DNA of 64,000 bases from contig JBHGNT010000001.1 of NCBI GenBank assembly GCA_043228905.1, positions 31,930,001 to 31,994,000 on the forward strand. The letters run 5' to 3'. Below are positions 1 through 12,500 of the stretch, one piece after another; positions within the stretch are counted from its first letter, which is position 1, and each line of letters starts with the position of its first letter. Source of the stretch: Azolla caroliniana (Eukaryota; Plantae; Polypodiophyta). Below the pieces are notes generated by a model. That model was not told the DNA's origin. It saw only the letters and a list, made by a program, of their open reading frames with translations, and searched no databases. The position numbers and the translations under genes are program-made.

Positions 1-2788
1 AGGCAGGATCATCTTGCAATGACTCGATTTCTGTCAGCATGGGTCACAAAATACATCATGACACCTAAGAACGAAAAAATAGGTACAACTTTGTAAAATT
101 AATACACTACACGAACCTTCAGGGATCTTTTTCTTTGAAGTTATACCCTTGCTTCCCTTCAGCTGCCGTATTACACACTCTTCCACCAAATGCAGCCAAG
201 ACAAACATTTGACATCACCTTCTCCTTCTAGTGGGAGTCCAAATGCCAAAGTAAAAAGTTCTTCTTCCTGAGAAACCATGCAATATCATTATTCGTCTAT
301 TCCATGCATTATCAGTATTCTTCTATTCCACATAAGATATTTTAACAAGTTCCCAAAATCATACTTATCTAAATCATCAAGCAACTGAGATTCCGACTCT
401 TTCTGTTTTTCTGCACTGATACATTATACGGAAGAGGGAAGTCTTACCTCATTTGAATGAATAGAATACACTGCAGCCCGAATAAGATTGCATGTTGCTC
501 TAGTGGTTCTGCAATATGCATGCAATAAAGCATTTGGGGAGGTTCTATCAAGATTTAGCAGATAAAGACAAGAAAACACCGTCTGCGCTAAAGAATGTCC
601 TCGGTGCCATGTTGCCTGCCTCCCATCAGGTTGCATAGACATTAATCACCCCATGCAAAAAGTGTTATAAAATTTTAAATCATTGCAATAGCACATTCTC
701 TACCTCGCATGATAAAAGGTGATCCATAACATCTATCAACTCAAGAACACTCAAATTAATTGGAGCAAATCCTTTCTCAATTGCCTCTTCAAGTGTATTG
801 GTGGCAGAGCCTGTCATTCCTGCGTCCATCTTCGGGTCCATAATCTGACCACCATTTTTATTTAGGTATGAGTTCTTAAATCCATTTTGACATGAGTTCT
901 TAAGTCCACCTACTACAATAATGGAAAAAACAGCAAACATAAAGTGATGCTAATAACTTACCTCTAGAGCAGACATGGCCTCAAACAGACTGAAGTTCTC
1001 CCCATTTACTAACTGGCCAACTTCCAAGTCTGCAGTAAATCAAAGTAGACAATAACACAATTGAAAACTGTCATGCATCCGCATAACCTTAAATGAATTG
1101 AAGGAATATCCCTCAAAACCAATGACACTAAAAGCTAAGGTAAACAAAATTATGCAAAACACGAAATATCGGAGCTACTTACTGTTCAACAGGCAGAGTG
1201 AATAGTAGAAGAACAAGATCAGGTTGCAGATTAAAATACATTCATGATTCAGGTAAAGGTTGCAAAGATCACTTAACAACTAGGCCCACAAAAAGATAAA
1301 CAAGACAATAATAGAAATAGATTCACAAGGACACTCCTGAAATTAATGCTCAACAACAGGGCCAAAGAAAAGAGAAATATGATGAATATTTGAAATTTTA
1401 AAAAAATCCAAAAATATTCATGATGAATATTTGAAAATTAAACGGATTTTAATAATATTTCTTAATTTACAATGATACAACCAGGACAACGAAAAGAGAA
1501 ACATGATGAAAACAAGAAAAAAGCAGATTTTAGATTAAATCTATGAGATTCCTATTCAGCAGCCAGGCTGGAAGAAAATGGAACATGATACACTAAAACT
1601 AAGAGAAAGCTCGAGGCACTGTTCATATTCTCCCTAAAAGGGAGGATGGACAACACATTCAAGAAAACAAATTAGCAATTCTAAGCTAGCCAAGGTGAAA
1701 GATGCCAGTTATTCTTGCCATAATAAGATATAACGCAGGAAATGGAATAGTTACCACTGCCGAAATAAAAGATATAGCCAAGAAAAAGATTTTTCAAGAA
1801 CACAGAAAAGGTGAAAGAATTCTCAAATCACCTGGATATTTTACGAGTTTGCAGAAAATTAAATGAGGAAGTTAGAAATTAACATTGCACGCAAAATAAA
1901 TGAGAAAATTGAAGTTACGATTATAGACATCAGCGATGAAGCTAGACACAGGATGATGCTAGAAACTAGAACACACTCACCTAGTATCAAGAAATACATC
2001 AGAGTTACCACTGTAGAAATAGGAAATAAAGCAGATAACATGAAAGACATCGTATTAGAAAACAGAACACATTCAGCTGAAATCTATCAAATTATCCATA
2101 ATCTGCATAGAAAGATAGAAATTAAACCAGTTTCACAAACAAAACTATCAAGTTTACAGACATCGAAGTTACAGGTTTGAATATAATGATACGAGAAAAG
2201 AGAAAACTTTGAGCTGAAACCTAGCTATGAAAGCTCTTAGAAAACAGTCCCGAGTATCCAACTAGCAAGGAGATATAAACAGTTGCACAGCTCAAAACGT
2301 AAGCGGGAAAAATACCGTGAAAGAAATCACAAATGACGCTGAAAAAAATATGAAATGAGAAACACAGAGTCAATTCAGCCAAAAGTCCATGCAATCCTAA
2401 ATTATTTCCACAAGAGGATGGAAATGAATCCAGTGTCCGAAACAATAAAAGTATCAAATTTAAGCTCGCCAAAATAAAACGTGGTAGTTCGGCATTGCGG
2501 ACATCAGGATTGGAGCAAGGAGGGGTGAGAGACGAAACTTACAGCATCAAAAGGTCGAGTAGGGAAACAGCTAACACTCTATCATTGCACCAAAGAAGAA
2601 AACTGAAGCGAGAGACGGCGAGAGAGAGAGAGAGAGAGAGAGAGTGTGTGTGTGTGTGTGTCTGTGTGTGTGTGTGTGTGTGTGTTCTTACCATTGCAGA
2701 CGTCGGAGATGAAGGTGGATGCGTCGATCCAGACAGTCTGATCTCCAGGTGGAGGACTGTGAGGGTGGGGCTCACGATCCTGGGCCAT
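1..2788 (-). CDS. NAA35: N-alpha-acetyltransferase 35, NatC auxiliary subunit (MAK10), 5' part; continues beyond the left edge
   Basis: Exons 2788-2692 (MAQDREP...WIDASTFISDVCN), 1029-962 (DLEVGQLVNGENFSLFEAMSALE), 844-704 (IMDPKMDAGM...DVMDHLLSCE), 615-448 (ATWHRGHSLAQTVFSCLYL), 267-117 (EEELFTLAFGLPLEGEGDVKCL), 30-1. GT-AG boundaries. FSLFEAMSALEIMDPKMD and WHxGHSLAQTVFSC are hallmark Mak10 motifs. Confidence 0.93.
2620..2684. repeat. Compound (AG)n(TG)n microsatellite at the start of NAA35 intron 1
   Basis: Direct reading. A (GAT)n/(GAC)n tract also lies in the 5' leader at ~2868-2900. Confidence 0.95.
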
Positions 2789-3021
2789 GGCAGCGAAGGT
2801 AAGAAAACGAAGAGGAAGGATGGAGAAGGCGAAACCCTAATTGCTGAAATGAGAGAACAAGAAGGAGAAGATGATGATGATGATGATGATGACGACGATG
2901 ACTTGTGTTGTATGTATTGTGTTCCCAAAGGAGTGTGTTGTTGCGATCGTATGTAGTATTAGAGTAGCAAAGATAACAAAACCCTTCCCTGTCCAAAACT
3001 CGCTAAGATTAGTCTTAGCCT

Positions 3022-3081
3022 TTTGGTAGGGTTTGAACCCGTGACCTCTTTCTCTTTGAGCTCACAAGAACACCACTAGTG
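3022..3081 (-). mobile_element. tRNA-derived SINE-like fragment (Pol III B-box)
   Basis: Minus strand reads CACTAGTGGT...GAGGTCACGGGTTCAAACCCTACC, a tRNA-like T-arm/B-box with a weak upstream A-box. No acceptor or anticodon stem can be built. Confidence 0.4.
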
Positions 3082-3112
3082 TTCGAATCGAACCATATAT
3101 TTCACGTACCAC

Positions 3113-3373
3113 TAGGTGTCGGCAACAGTTCGGCTCAAGCTAAACTGAGCTATTAAACCGTTTTTAAACGGTTCAGTGGTTCAATTCGGTTCGGTTCAAG
3201 CTTCAGCTTCCTTGACCGGTTGGAGCTCGGTTTGGCAAAGCTCAAGACGAACCAAACATTTAGTAACCGGTTCGGTCCAAGTTTGAAAACTCTCAAACCG
3301 GTTAAGACTTAACAAGTTTGGTTTGGACAAGGCCAAACTAGTTAAGCCGAAACGGAACCATTGCTAAATCCTG
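3113..3373. mobile_element. Degenerate non-autonomous hAT element (MITE), 261 bp
   Basis: Imperfect TIRs TAGGTGTCGGCAA...TTGCTAAATCCTG. 8-bp flanks CGTACCAC (3105-3112) and CATACCAC (3374-3381) match at 7/8. Many AACCG/CGGTT subterminal motifs. Both ends align with the element at 39258-39943. Confidence 0.8.
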
Positions 3374-3559
3374 CATACCACACTATTGATCTAGTTATTT
3401 GAATCTTTCCACGAGATTGAGATTATATATACACACATATTATTAAGCTATGTAAGTCTTGGAGTTGCTACATGTTGGCCCATGCCAGTTTGCTACATAG
3501 CTCATGACACTTTCTTTGAATCTTGAACCTAGTACCAATTCAGCATTGTCAATAGCTCA

Positions 3560-3730
3560 TCACCACCTCATGCATTGTGGTTAACTTTGTTGATCCGATC
3601 TTACAACCCATCTAGAAACTCCATGGTTACATATTTGATGCCAACAATCACACATTTATGGGAATCTTCTTCCAATCTTCCAATTCCATCCCATCACACT
3701 CTTGGTGATGTTGATCTCAATTTTTTGGCA
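3560..3730 (-). mobile_element. Decayed LINE ORF2 C-terminal (zinc-knuckle) remnant
   Basis: Frameshifted minus-strand pieces WKKIP...QICNHGV resemble the GRW..IP....C..C.....ED motif at LINE ORF2 C-termini. Confidence 0.35.
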
Positions 3731-5078
3731 TGGGCACAAGTTCCATCCTAAGCTCACTCTCATTCCTTACATATTTCGTCTTTTCTTTGATACTCACTTC
3801 TTTTGTTCCAAAATTTCCATGTTTTGTTTTTTGTTTATATCCTTTATATCTAATACATGTTCTAGATCATGGTGGAATGTATGGAATACAATCCACCTCC
3901 ACTATTGATGCCACTATCACTTTCCCCATATATTCCATTAGATGTTGTATAGCATGCCACATAAAATGCCCACTTACAACGCACCTTGACCCATATATGG
4001 CCCTCTTGGCTTAAAATAGCTAGAAACTAGGTCAATGGTTTTGAAGAGACAAATAAACCAATTGTCATCGAAGAAGGTAGAAAATCGAGATGAAAGTCTA
4101 TATTGTTCTTTGCTTGTATTTAAATTTTGAATACATTTTGCAAGTATTTACATACACCTTCAATACTAACATTAAACCATTGTTCGAGAATGTCCTTTGC
4201 AACGTCTACATATAAGATTCCTGTTTTCTAGGATAATGTCATGAAGTGTCCAGTTATGAACTTCGTTAAGTGTGGTCTAATATTCTTCTAGCTCCTCCAA
4301 CCAAGTAGTAAAAAACTACGATTGAAATCATGGAGAGTTATTCCTCTTTGCTTTCTTCTTACATATTACTCTTCTCTCTATGTGTTTTTTTGCTCATCGC
4401 ATGCTCCTCTAACGAGAAGCTCATGCGAGATCCATGAGACCATTTTCATTACAAACTTCCCAAGCTAGTAGTACATAATCAATTCCAGTAATTGTTAAGT
4501 AGTACTGCCATGGTACATACATCATTAGCTACTACTAATGTTTTAAATATCGGTTTAAACAGCTTGGACTCGTCAATCAACTAGATTCAAAAGTCATACA
4601 TGGAAAATTATGCCAGCATATGCATAGGAATGTCGTGGTACCACATCTAAATAGCAGAAGTTCATAATAGCCATCTGCATAGGTAGTTCTCTCTATATTT
4701 ATATACCAAGTCCATGAATTTTAATGCATTGTCAGTTCAGTGTTTTATAAAATATATACTAATAATGGCTTTGCTATACTCTCCATGAATGATTACATAC
4801 ATTATAGGCCCTGAAATACCAGTTAAAAAGCTAAAGCGGAAAATAATAATTTCATTCCATCTAAGCACCCATTTAGAAAGTACAAATGACAGCCAATTGT
4901 GCCAATATTTCCTGCAGTTCTTTTTTTTTGGGGGGGGGGGGGGGGGGGGGGGGGGTTAAACCCATCCACTCAACAGTCAAACTTGTTTTTATTGAATGCT
5001 ATTGAAGCTTATAAAAATGGAATGGCTCGATATTCACCACTGTGAATTATATATAAAGTGGTTCCAGATCAGCTTGAT

Positions 5079-8000
5079 TCAGCTATGAGCCACCTGTTCT
5101 GATTCCTTAATGGAATTGCGGAGATCTTCCACCTGTTCAAGTTCATTTACTGATTCGCAGAGAGCTTCAACTGGCCCTGGTTGAGATTCCTTATTTGTTT
5201 GCTGAGCGCCAGAAACATCAGTTACATCTTCACTTGATTGCTTCTCTTGATCTTCTTCCAGAGGACATAAGAACTGATAGAAAACCCAACAATCAGTAAA
5301 TTCACAGCAAAATAGGGTATCAACATATAAAGCTCATATCAGCATTTCACAGGAAAATGTAATGTCAATACAACATAATCCATAGTTGCACAAGTGATTA
5401 CAGCTTGGGAAATAGATCACTTCTATTAAGAAACCACAAAATGATTAAAAAGAGAGCATCATTACTTCAACCCTAAAGTTATTGACAAAATCAAAACCAT
5501 TATAGTTTATTTATATTTTCAATATAGCACAAGTCTTTGTATTTAAACATAGGGTAGCATTATAATGATATAAAATTATTCATAAGGTTTGATTAAAGAG
5601 AAATATCAGCAGTAAATTGTTACATGCATCCACAGTATGCCATAAAAATGAGTTTTCAATTCTGAGATCGAAATGATGATGATATTCACTATATTTCGAT
5701 CACATCAGTGTCATTATAATTATACTTAAATTCTAAATAATATCAATTTCTTTCAAGTTTCCTCATACCAAGAGTTTCTAAGGAAACACAATTTGAAAGT
5801 TTCCATGGACACCATCTCTTTTGTCTTCATCCATCCCATGTGTATAGTCTTTTTTATTCCTTGAATGTGCCCACAAACAATCTGGGCATCATTTTCTTTA
5901 TACAATTACACCTAGCTTTGAAATTTACATGGATATAGACAGGCTGAGCAGGCAAGGTTTAAAAAGAATGTATTCTGCTTGTATATCAAAACTATATAAA
6001 TTCAGGTTTTTAAAATTGATAACCCACAAGTCACTAGCCTGACCTCAAATCCACATTTCGCTCTTGATGTCCTCCATTAATGTGTACAATCCTGACATGG
6101 GTTTTCTAAATGCAATCTACATTAAACGGATATGATTAGTTTCTGAAGTACGAATTTATACTTCCATTTCTTTCTAGACTATCTTTTTTTAATCTGCGTC
6201 TACGAAGTACATTCGAGATAAATACTGCTGAGAATTCTGGTTATTAATGTTTCATAGTAATAGTAAGGATCACATTTATCTCTCATTCCAATTAAAGATT
6301 AATTTTCACATGAAGCAGTTGTCTTGAACATCGAAGAGTCATCTGATCTATACTCCATAAAGCAAAAGTTACTACCAGTTTTGACATTTTGTTCCAAAGG
6401 ATCCACAATAGATTCTATCTTTACAACACACGTACATGACATATTCATATTCCTATACAATATCCATCTCTATATGCATAACACAGAAACCAAGAATGCA
6501 GACTAACAACTGTACAACACACATCAAAAGTGGTTAAACTACTAACTTTTGTTACTGGCTTTACATCAGAAGAAGCATCCTTGCGTGAGAGCGGAGTCCA
6601 GCCAAGCAAAGAGCAAAGTGCTCGCCCATATCCACGATGCTCGGGTCGGTTCTGCTCTCTCATACTTGTGTGCATTAGAAGACTCATCATATTTTTGAAC
6701 TTCTTACTTGCGTCTGCACATATACTATAACAAATGAGACACTCAAAAGTGCCTGTGTTTTTCTTCTGAATGCAAAATTGGGATAGGTCTTCATTTTCGT
6801 TGAATAACTTGGAAAAGAATTCAAATCCTTTGTCTTCAAGTTCCTTTTCTTCAGCGGGAGTTAATGATGTTGCAGGTAGTTCTTCTTTTTTAAAACCAGG
6901 CAGTGACAAAGTTCCATTATCATTGCCCAAAGATTCACATTCTGGTTGTGGAATTGAATCAAGTTCTTTGATCTCAGGATCTACAGTAACACCAAGAAAC
7001 TGCAAGACACTTTTGGAAACCCCCCGATGTAGGTCCACAGAAGTGTCAGCTTCTCTCATTTCTTCCTTGCTCATTATTTCAATACTCAAAGAATTGGGGG
7101 TAGCTGAACCCTTGTCTTTCTTCATTTCTAACTCCTTCTCCAGCTTCTTCTTGTTTTTCCTCCTGTTCCTCTTCTTCGAGACTATTACAGGTGTCTGAGC
7201 TTCGCAAACATTACCACCTGCTTCTATCCTTGCTTTCTTTTGTGGCTCGGGTTTCCTTCTCTTGTGTCCAGCAACATTAAGAGAATTGTCACTATCTTTC
7301 TTATTCGTGAGAAGATCTGGCTTCTTTCCTATAGCAGGATCTACACCAGTTCTGAACAGATTGTGAAGCTCTAAAACCTCCTTGGCAAGGGAGCAGTCAT
7401 CCAGCTGAGATTTCGAATTCTTACTAGCTGATTTAGAATGCTCATTAGCTGTTATCGCAACTTCTTGCTGACCTTTAGGAGTAGAGACGGCTCGAATGTT
7501 ACCTGTTTTCGCAATATGTGGCTGATGTTCTCGCAAATAACGGTCTTTCGCATTCCTTGTACTAAGAACCTTATTTTGAGAAGAAATTTCTTGCTTGCGT
7601 GCTTTAGCAGCTTTTCTCTGAAGCTGCCCTTGGCGAGACGAACCCTTCTGATTGTCTTTCTTCGTAGTACATTTCTTCTCCTGAACAGAATGATCAGTTC
7701 TTGTTTGCTTGAAAGGTTTTCGCATTGGCCTGAGAGATTGAGCAGGATCGTAATGTTTCAGCTTACGATCTGAGCGTTGGTAAGGAGGGACGTTAGGGAG
7801 AGGGAGAAGTCCAGAAGAAGGAGAAGAAAGGCCATATCTTGGAGGTACAACGAGGTCTGTCTGATACGAAAGAGCGTGAGAACGGCGATGAAGAAGAGAA
7901 GCAATGTCACCATAGCGATCAAGAGGAGGTCTGGAATATGAAGAAGCCATGCCACCATAGCGATCCACGGCATAAAAAGAAGCTTCAGAGCGAAGGGAGG

Positions 8001-8097
8001 GAAGAGGAGGAGGAAGAGGAAGAACGCCATAGGAGCTGCGAAAATCGGGAGGATTTGAGGTTGAATTCAAAGCTGTGGGATACATGTAATCCTCCAT
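5079..8097 (-). CDS. Uncharacterised plant protein with C-terminal C-x2-C...H...H zinc-finger-like domain (At1g78810-like)
   Basis: Exon 1 is 8097-6547 (first ATG = MEDYMYP; the ORF track's upstream start is TTG) with donor GTTAGT. Exon 2 is 5273-5079 (FLCPLEE...QVAHS*), phase 0 and in frame. The domain FFSKLF..ENEDL....GTFECLIC....KKFK....LLMH....EHRGYGRALCSLLGW matches the recalled At1g78810-family motif. The N-terminus is Pro/Ser/Arg-rich with basic NLS-like clusters. Confidence 0.8.
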
Positions 8098-8414
8098 TGA
8101 AGCAGCGTAGTTTCTTCTCCTCTTCTCTTCCCGCAGAGAGGGGAGCAATGCAGAGAGGCAAGAAACCCTAGGAAACGGTTTTGTTTATTGATGATTTTCA
8201 CCGTTTCGGGCTGCGGGGAAAGAAACGGCGGAGAGGTTGTTTTTTGGCATATACATATATGCAGACAGATATATATATATATATGATAGATAGAGATAGA
8301 TATGAGACATGTAGATACGATGTAATTCCATCTAAATTTGTTGAGTGCTTCATAACACATATATCAACATGTTTAGTATTGAAATGGGTTCTTTATCCAA
8401 TTCAATCTCTCCAA

Positions 8415-8561
8415 AACAAGGGTTCAAAACTACCTTTACCAAATATAATTTATCTCCATTAGTTTTCATAAAGATTAGAAGATTGGAAACAAGGGTTGAA
8501 AACTAGCTTTACCAAAGATAATTGACCTCCATTAGTTTTCATAAAGATTAGAACATTGGAA
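8415..8561. repeat. ~73-bp direct tandem duplication in the divergent promoter region
   Basis: AAACAAGGGTT..AAACTA.CTTTACCAAA.ATAATT..CTCCATTAGTTTTCATAAAGATTAGAA.ATTGG occurs twice. Confidence 0.85.
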
Positions 8562-9516
8562 ACGCGCATATGAGGTAATGCAACGAGGTTCCTTTGATCG
8601 TTCGAAACATGGTTTCTTGTGATCATTGGGCTCTGCTCTGAACCTCTCCTACATGTTTATTGAGTCAACGAGCAAACATATATTTATTGAGCTCCTGCGT
8701 GATTGATCATATGAGTTTATGAAATGGAAGTGGACCTCCTTTCTAAATTTGTCGGAGCTATTTGATCAATAGATGTCTCCATATTTGATGATATAGCTAT
8801 CGAGATTTCCGCTAATGCTAAACAATTTTGTGTATTTCCATCTTTGATATTTCAATGTACTTAAAACCAAACATTGAGATTGCTTCTATGCAGATAAACA
8901 TGCTTCCTATTCACTTGGAAAACTACAAAACAAATTGTTGCATTTATAATTTCAAATTCTCATTGATATTATTAATGTTCAGTAGTGCATCAGAAGTGGT
9001 ATTCAACTTTTACTCTAGGCTACATTACATTACTTATGCAATTTACAATAGACCATCCTAAGATTGGAGAAGGATGTGATGTCCTTTTTTTTCTCCTCTT
9101 GAGGCGTGGGATTGCATCTGAATCAGGACAAGTGCTTCAGAATGTCATCCCACTACACGTGTAACACTTAAGACTAGCTTAGTGGGCACAGATGGAAACC
9201 CTTGACATGGTGCCTCAGTATGTCCAATGACCCATGCAAGATGAGACTAAGTTAGTTGTAGATTGTAGTACCAATATTATCTTCTTCTAGTAGCTCTCAA
9301 ATAGAGATCTAATAACAAACAACCAGGCCTAGTTCTATAAATTGCACAAAAACTCTTCTTCAGAATAGGGCAAGACTTATGAATAATATCTTCCAGACCC
9401 CTCTTTTGTAAATTCCCGAAACTTTCAATCAAACTCCGTCTTCTCCATAAGCCTCTCTCTCTCTCTCTCTCTCTTGAGGTTTTAGCTTAGGTCTCTCTGC
9501 CCGAGAGTCAGTCGCT

Positions 9517-12500
9517 ATGGCGGACCTTCGTTCCAACACAGAAGGAGGAGAAAAGCCGTCCACCCCGCAGGAATTACGCAAGGGCCGAGACCCTCGTCTG
9601 AGAAACGATGTAGATGGAAGATCCTCAAGGCCAGAAAACCTAGGAAATTCAGACCCGGAGAAGCTCTCTGCTGAAGAAGATATGGAAATGGCAGCTTCTC
9701 TCCTCCCTACAAGCCATATCTTAGCTTTCTTTAATGAAGAAGAAATCTGTCCTCGGATAACAGAAGACGCAATTGAGGGGAATGGAAGTAGAATCAGATG
9801 CCATGGAGACCTTCTTGATTCTACTATTACTACAGGATTGTGCAGAGTTTCTCTGCAAAATGATTCTAATAATGATGAAATGAGCGATAACAAAAACGAA
9901 AAACTGTTGGAAAATAGTGAAGACATTTCAATTGCGTTTTTTCCTGATTCTAGCACATTTACTGGTGGTGAAGAAGCCTGCTCTGCAGAAGAGAACAGGA
10001 ACCTTGATAATGGAGAAAGCTTAAATGGTATCGCGAAGAGTGATAAAGACGAAAAACCTCCATACGCTGATGTGTATATGAATGGAATTAGCTCAAATTC
10101 GTTCAAGGTGGATAAAGTGGAAGGTTGTATCATGAATATTCATGAAAAAAATGATGAGAAATCACCAAAATTGGTCAGAAATGTCAGCAAAGATTCTGAT
10201 TCTTGTTCAACTTCAGAGTTAGAATCAGATCCAGATGTTAAGGAAGAAGAAGAGGAAGAGGAAGAGGGAGAGGGAGAGGGAGAGGGAGAGGAAGAGGAAG
10301 AGGAAGAGGAAGAGGAAGAGGAAGAGGAAGAGGAAGAGGAAGAAGAAGAAGAAGAAGAAGAAGAAGAAGAAGAAGAAGAAGAAAGAGAAAGAGAAAGAGA
10401 AGAAGAAGAAGAAGAAAGTGATGATAGCTCATCTTTGGATCTTCATGTATTCTCAAAAAGACGGGATACAGAAGTAGACTCAGAGTTTGAGGAGGGGGAA
10501 CTTAAAGAGTCTCCCTCTAAACTCGAAAAAGGAAAAACTTTGGTGAAGCAAAAGAAGCAAAACTTTGCAGGTGATAGCAGTGATGATGAAGGTGGCCCAA
10601 GAGAATCAATCCAGTTCAAACATGAGAAAGTAAGTATGTCTTTCTATTCTGCCCATTTCTTGTATGTGATTTGTATTCTTCCTGGAAGTGTGTGTACTGG
10701 TAGTTCATGCATTACTTTACGTAGCATGGGTTAGTATTCTGTTCATCACTTTATGCATTTTGTATTCTACCTGTAAGTGTATATTTGTAGTTCAGATGCA
10801 ACTTTATCTTCCTGGTTCTCTACTTGTAGGCATGACTCAGTGCTAAGTAATTCAGTCACAATTTTATTTATTTTGTCTCACTGATATGCAACATCTTATT
10901 TGTTTGTTGGATGTAAGTAAGCACGTAGATTTCATGCTATTTAATATCATTATTTCATAAGATTTTCTTTGTTCATATGCATTTTGGTGATAGAGATGCA
11001 CATAAGTATCTTGAATTTTAGCAGTGCAAAACTCATTTATGGTTGTTTTTGTTTCTGGACAGAATTTACCACCAGTGCCGAAAGTATCCGTGACCTTAGA
11101 GCCATACCATAAGCCATCGCCGGCTGGCATCATCTCTTCAGTAAGTAAGCCCTGAGTGATCATAAAGGCATATTTTATTTTTTCAGAAGTGCCTAAACAG
11201 CTTTTGTATTCTCAAAGGTTTGGGTTTATCTCTAGTTTTGTGTCTTTTTGTATGATCTGTCATTGGATTCTCCATTAATGATATGATTGAATGTTTGTTT
11301 TTCAATTGATCTCACAAAATACGTTTTGTGCTGAGAAAGATCAATAATTGAACGTCTCTATTCTTATATGCTCAACATCACCATCTTTTTTGTTTGCAAA
11401 AGTCAATGTTACCTAGCAAAGGAAAATGGAATCATTTTTGTTTGGATATTTACATTAGCAACATATGATTCTATGTGTTGAATATGATCTCTTTCCTTGG
11501 CAAAAATCTTTATGTGCATGAATTATCACTTCAAACCGTTGCGAGTTATTACATTGATCCCCACGCACATTATTATTTCCATGATGGCTTGTCACAGTAA
11601 GCATATGGAAATCTGGGTGTCTTCAAGGTATCCATTTCTGTCTATTACTACTACCTGTAAATAAATTCTAATCTCTATCTAAAGTTTGCGTGATCATTAA
11701 AGAGGTATCTCAGAATCTGAGGGATGGTTGCCAACATCTTTCCAAACGCCTCAAGGGTTGAGTTTTTCCTATTATGATCCAAAGGCCTAGGAAGTCTATC
11801 TCCTCCAAAGCATACCTTCTAAGAACTCCATTGCCTTTGTCATAGGCTGTATCAAAAGCTCGAATGTGCTTTGAAGACAAAGAAATGATCTATTAAGGAC
11901 TAACTAAATGGTGCAAATTTTTCTTTGGCTCTTGCAACTTGTTTCTGATTGATTGAACTTCTGTTTTGTTTATTTCTTGTTGAACTTATATTTTAAAAAC
12001 TAAGTTTTTGGAATTATGGAGATATTTTTATGTGAAATTCAACATATGCTTCCTAACTGGTTATTGAGATTCTTTACTCCAGGTTTTGGGAACAAGCTTA
12101 ATTGTTGAAGGGATAGAAGGTCAAACGGCTCTTGACGAGGGGTCTATTTTATGGATAACTGACAAGAGGTTACCTCTAGGTATTATTGATGAGCTTTTTG
12201 GACCTGTAAAGAAGCCCTTCTATCTAGTCCGCTACAATACTTTAGAAGAGGTTCCAGAGGGAGCGCAGGAAGGAATTGCTGTGTCTTATGTTCAGGAATT
12301 TGCGGATTTTGTTCTCAACAAGCAGGACTTGTATTCAAAAGGTTATGATGGTTTTGATGAAGAGCTTTCAGATTCTGGAGTAGATTTCTCTGATGATGAG
12401 AAGGAGGCGGAATATTGGCGCTCCAAGGTACAGACAAAACGTGAAAGGGAGACAATAGATAACGACGATCAGTTTTCGTCAGATAGAAGGGGCCTCAATG

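Noticed and set aside
1863-2180. 105-aa + strand ORF inside NAA35 intron 1
   Set aside because: A-rich sequence with internal degenerate duplication (LETRTHS/LENRTHS), antisense to the host gene, no recognisable domain.
2495-2996. ORFs 2495-2956(+), 2539-2928(-), 2772-2996(-)
   Set aside because: Products of AG/TG/GAT microsatellites and antisense or alternative frames of NAA35 exon 1.
3022-3081. Functional tRNA gene
   Set aside because: Only a T-arm/B-box is present and no cloverleaf can be built.
10235-10477. Poly-Lys/Arg and Leu-Pro ORFs
   Set aside because: Alternative frames of the NAF1 Glu-coding repeat.
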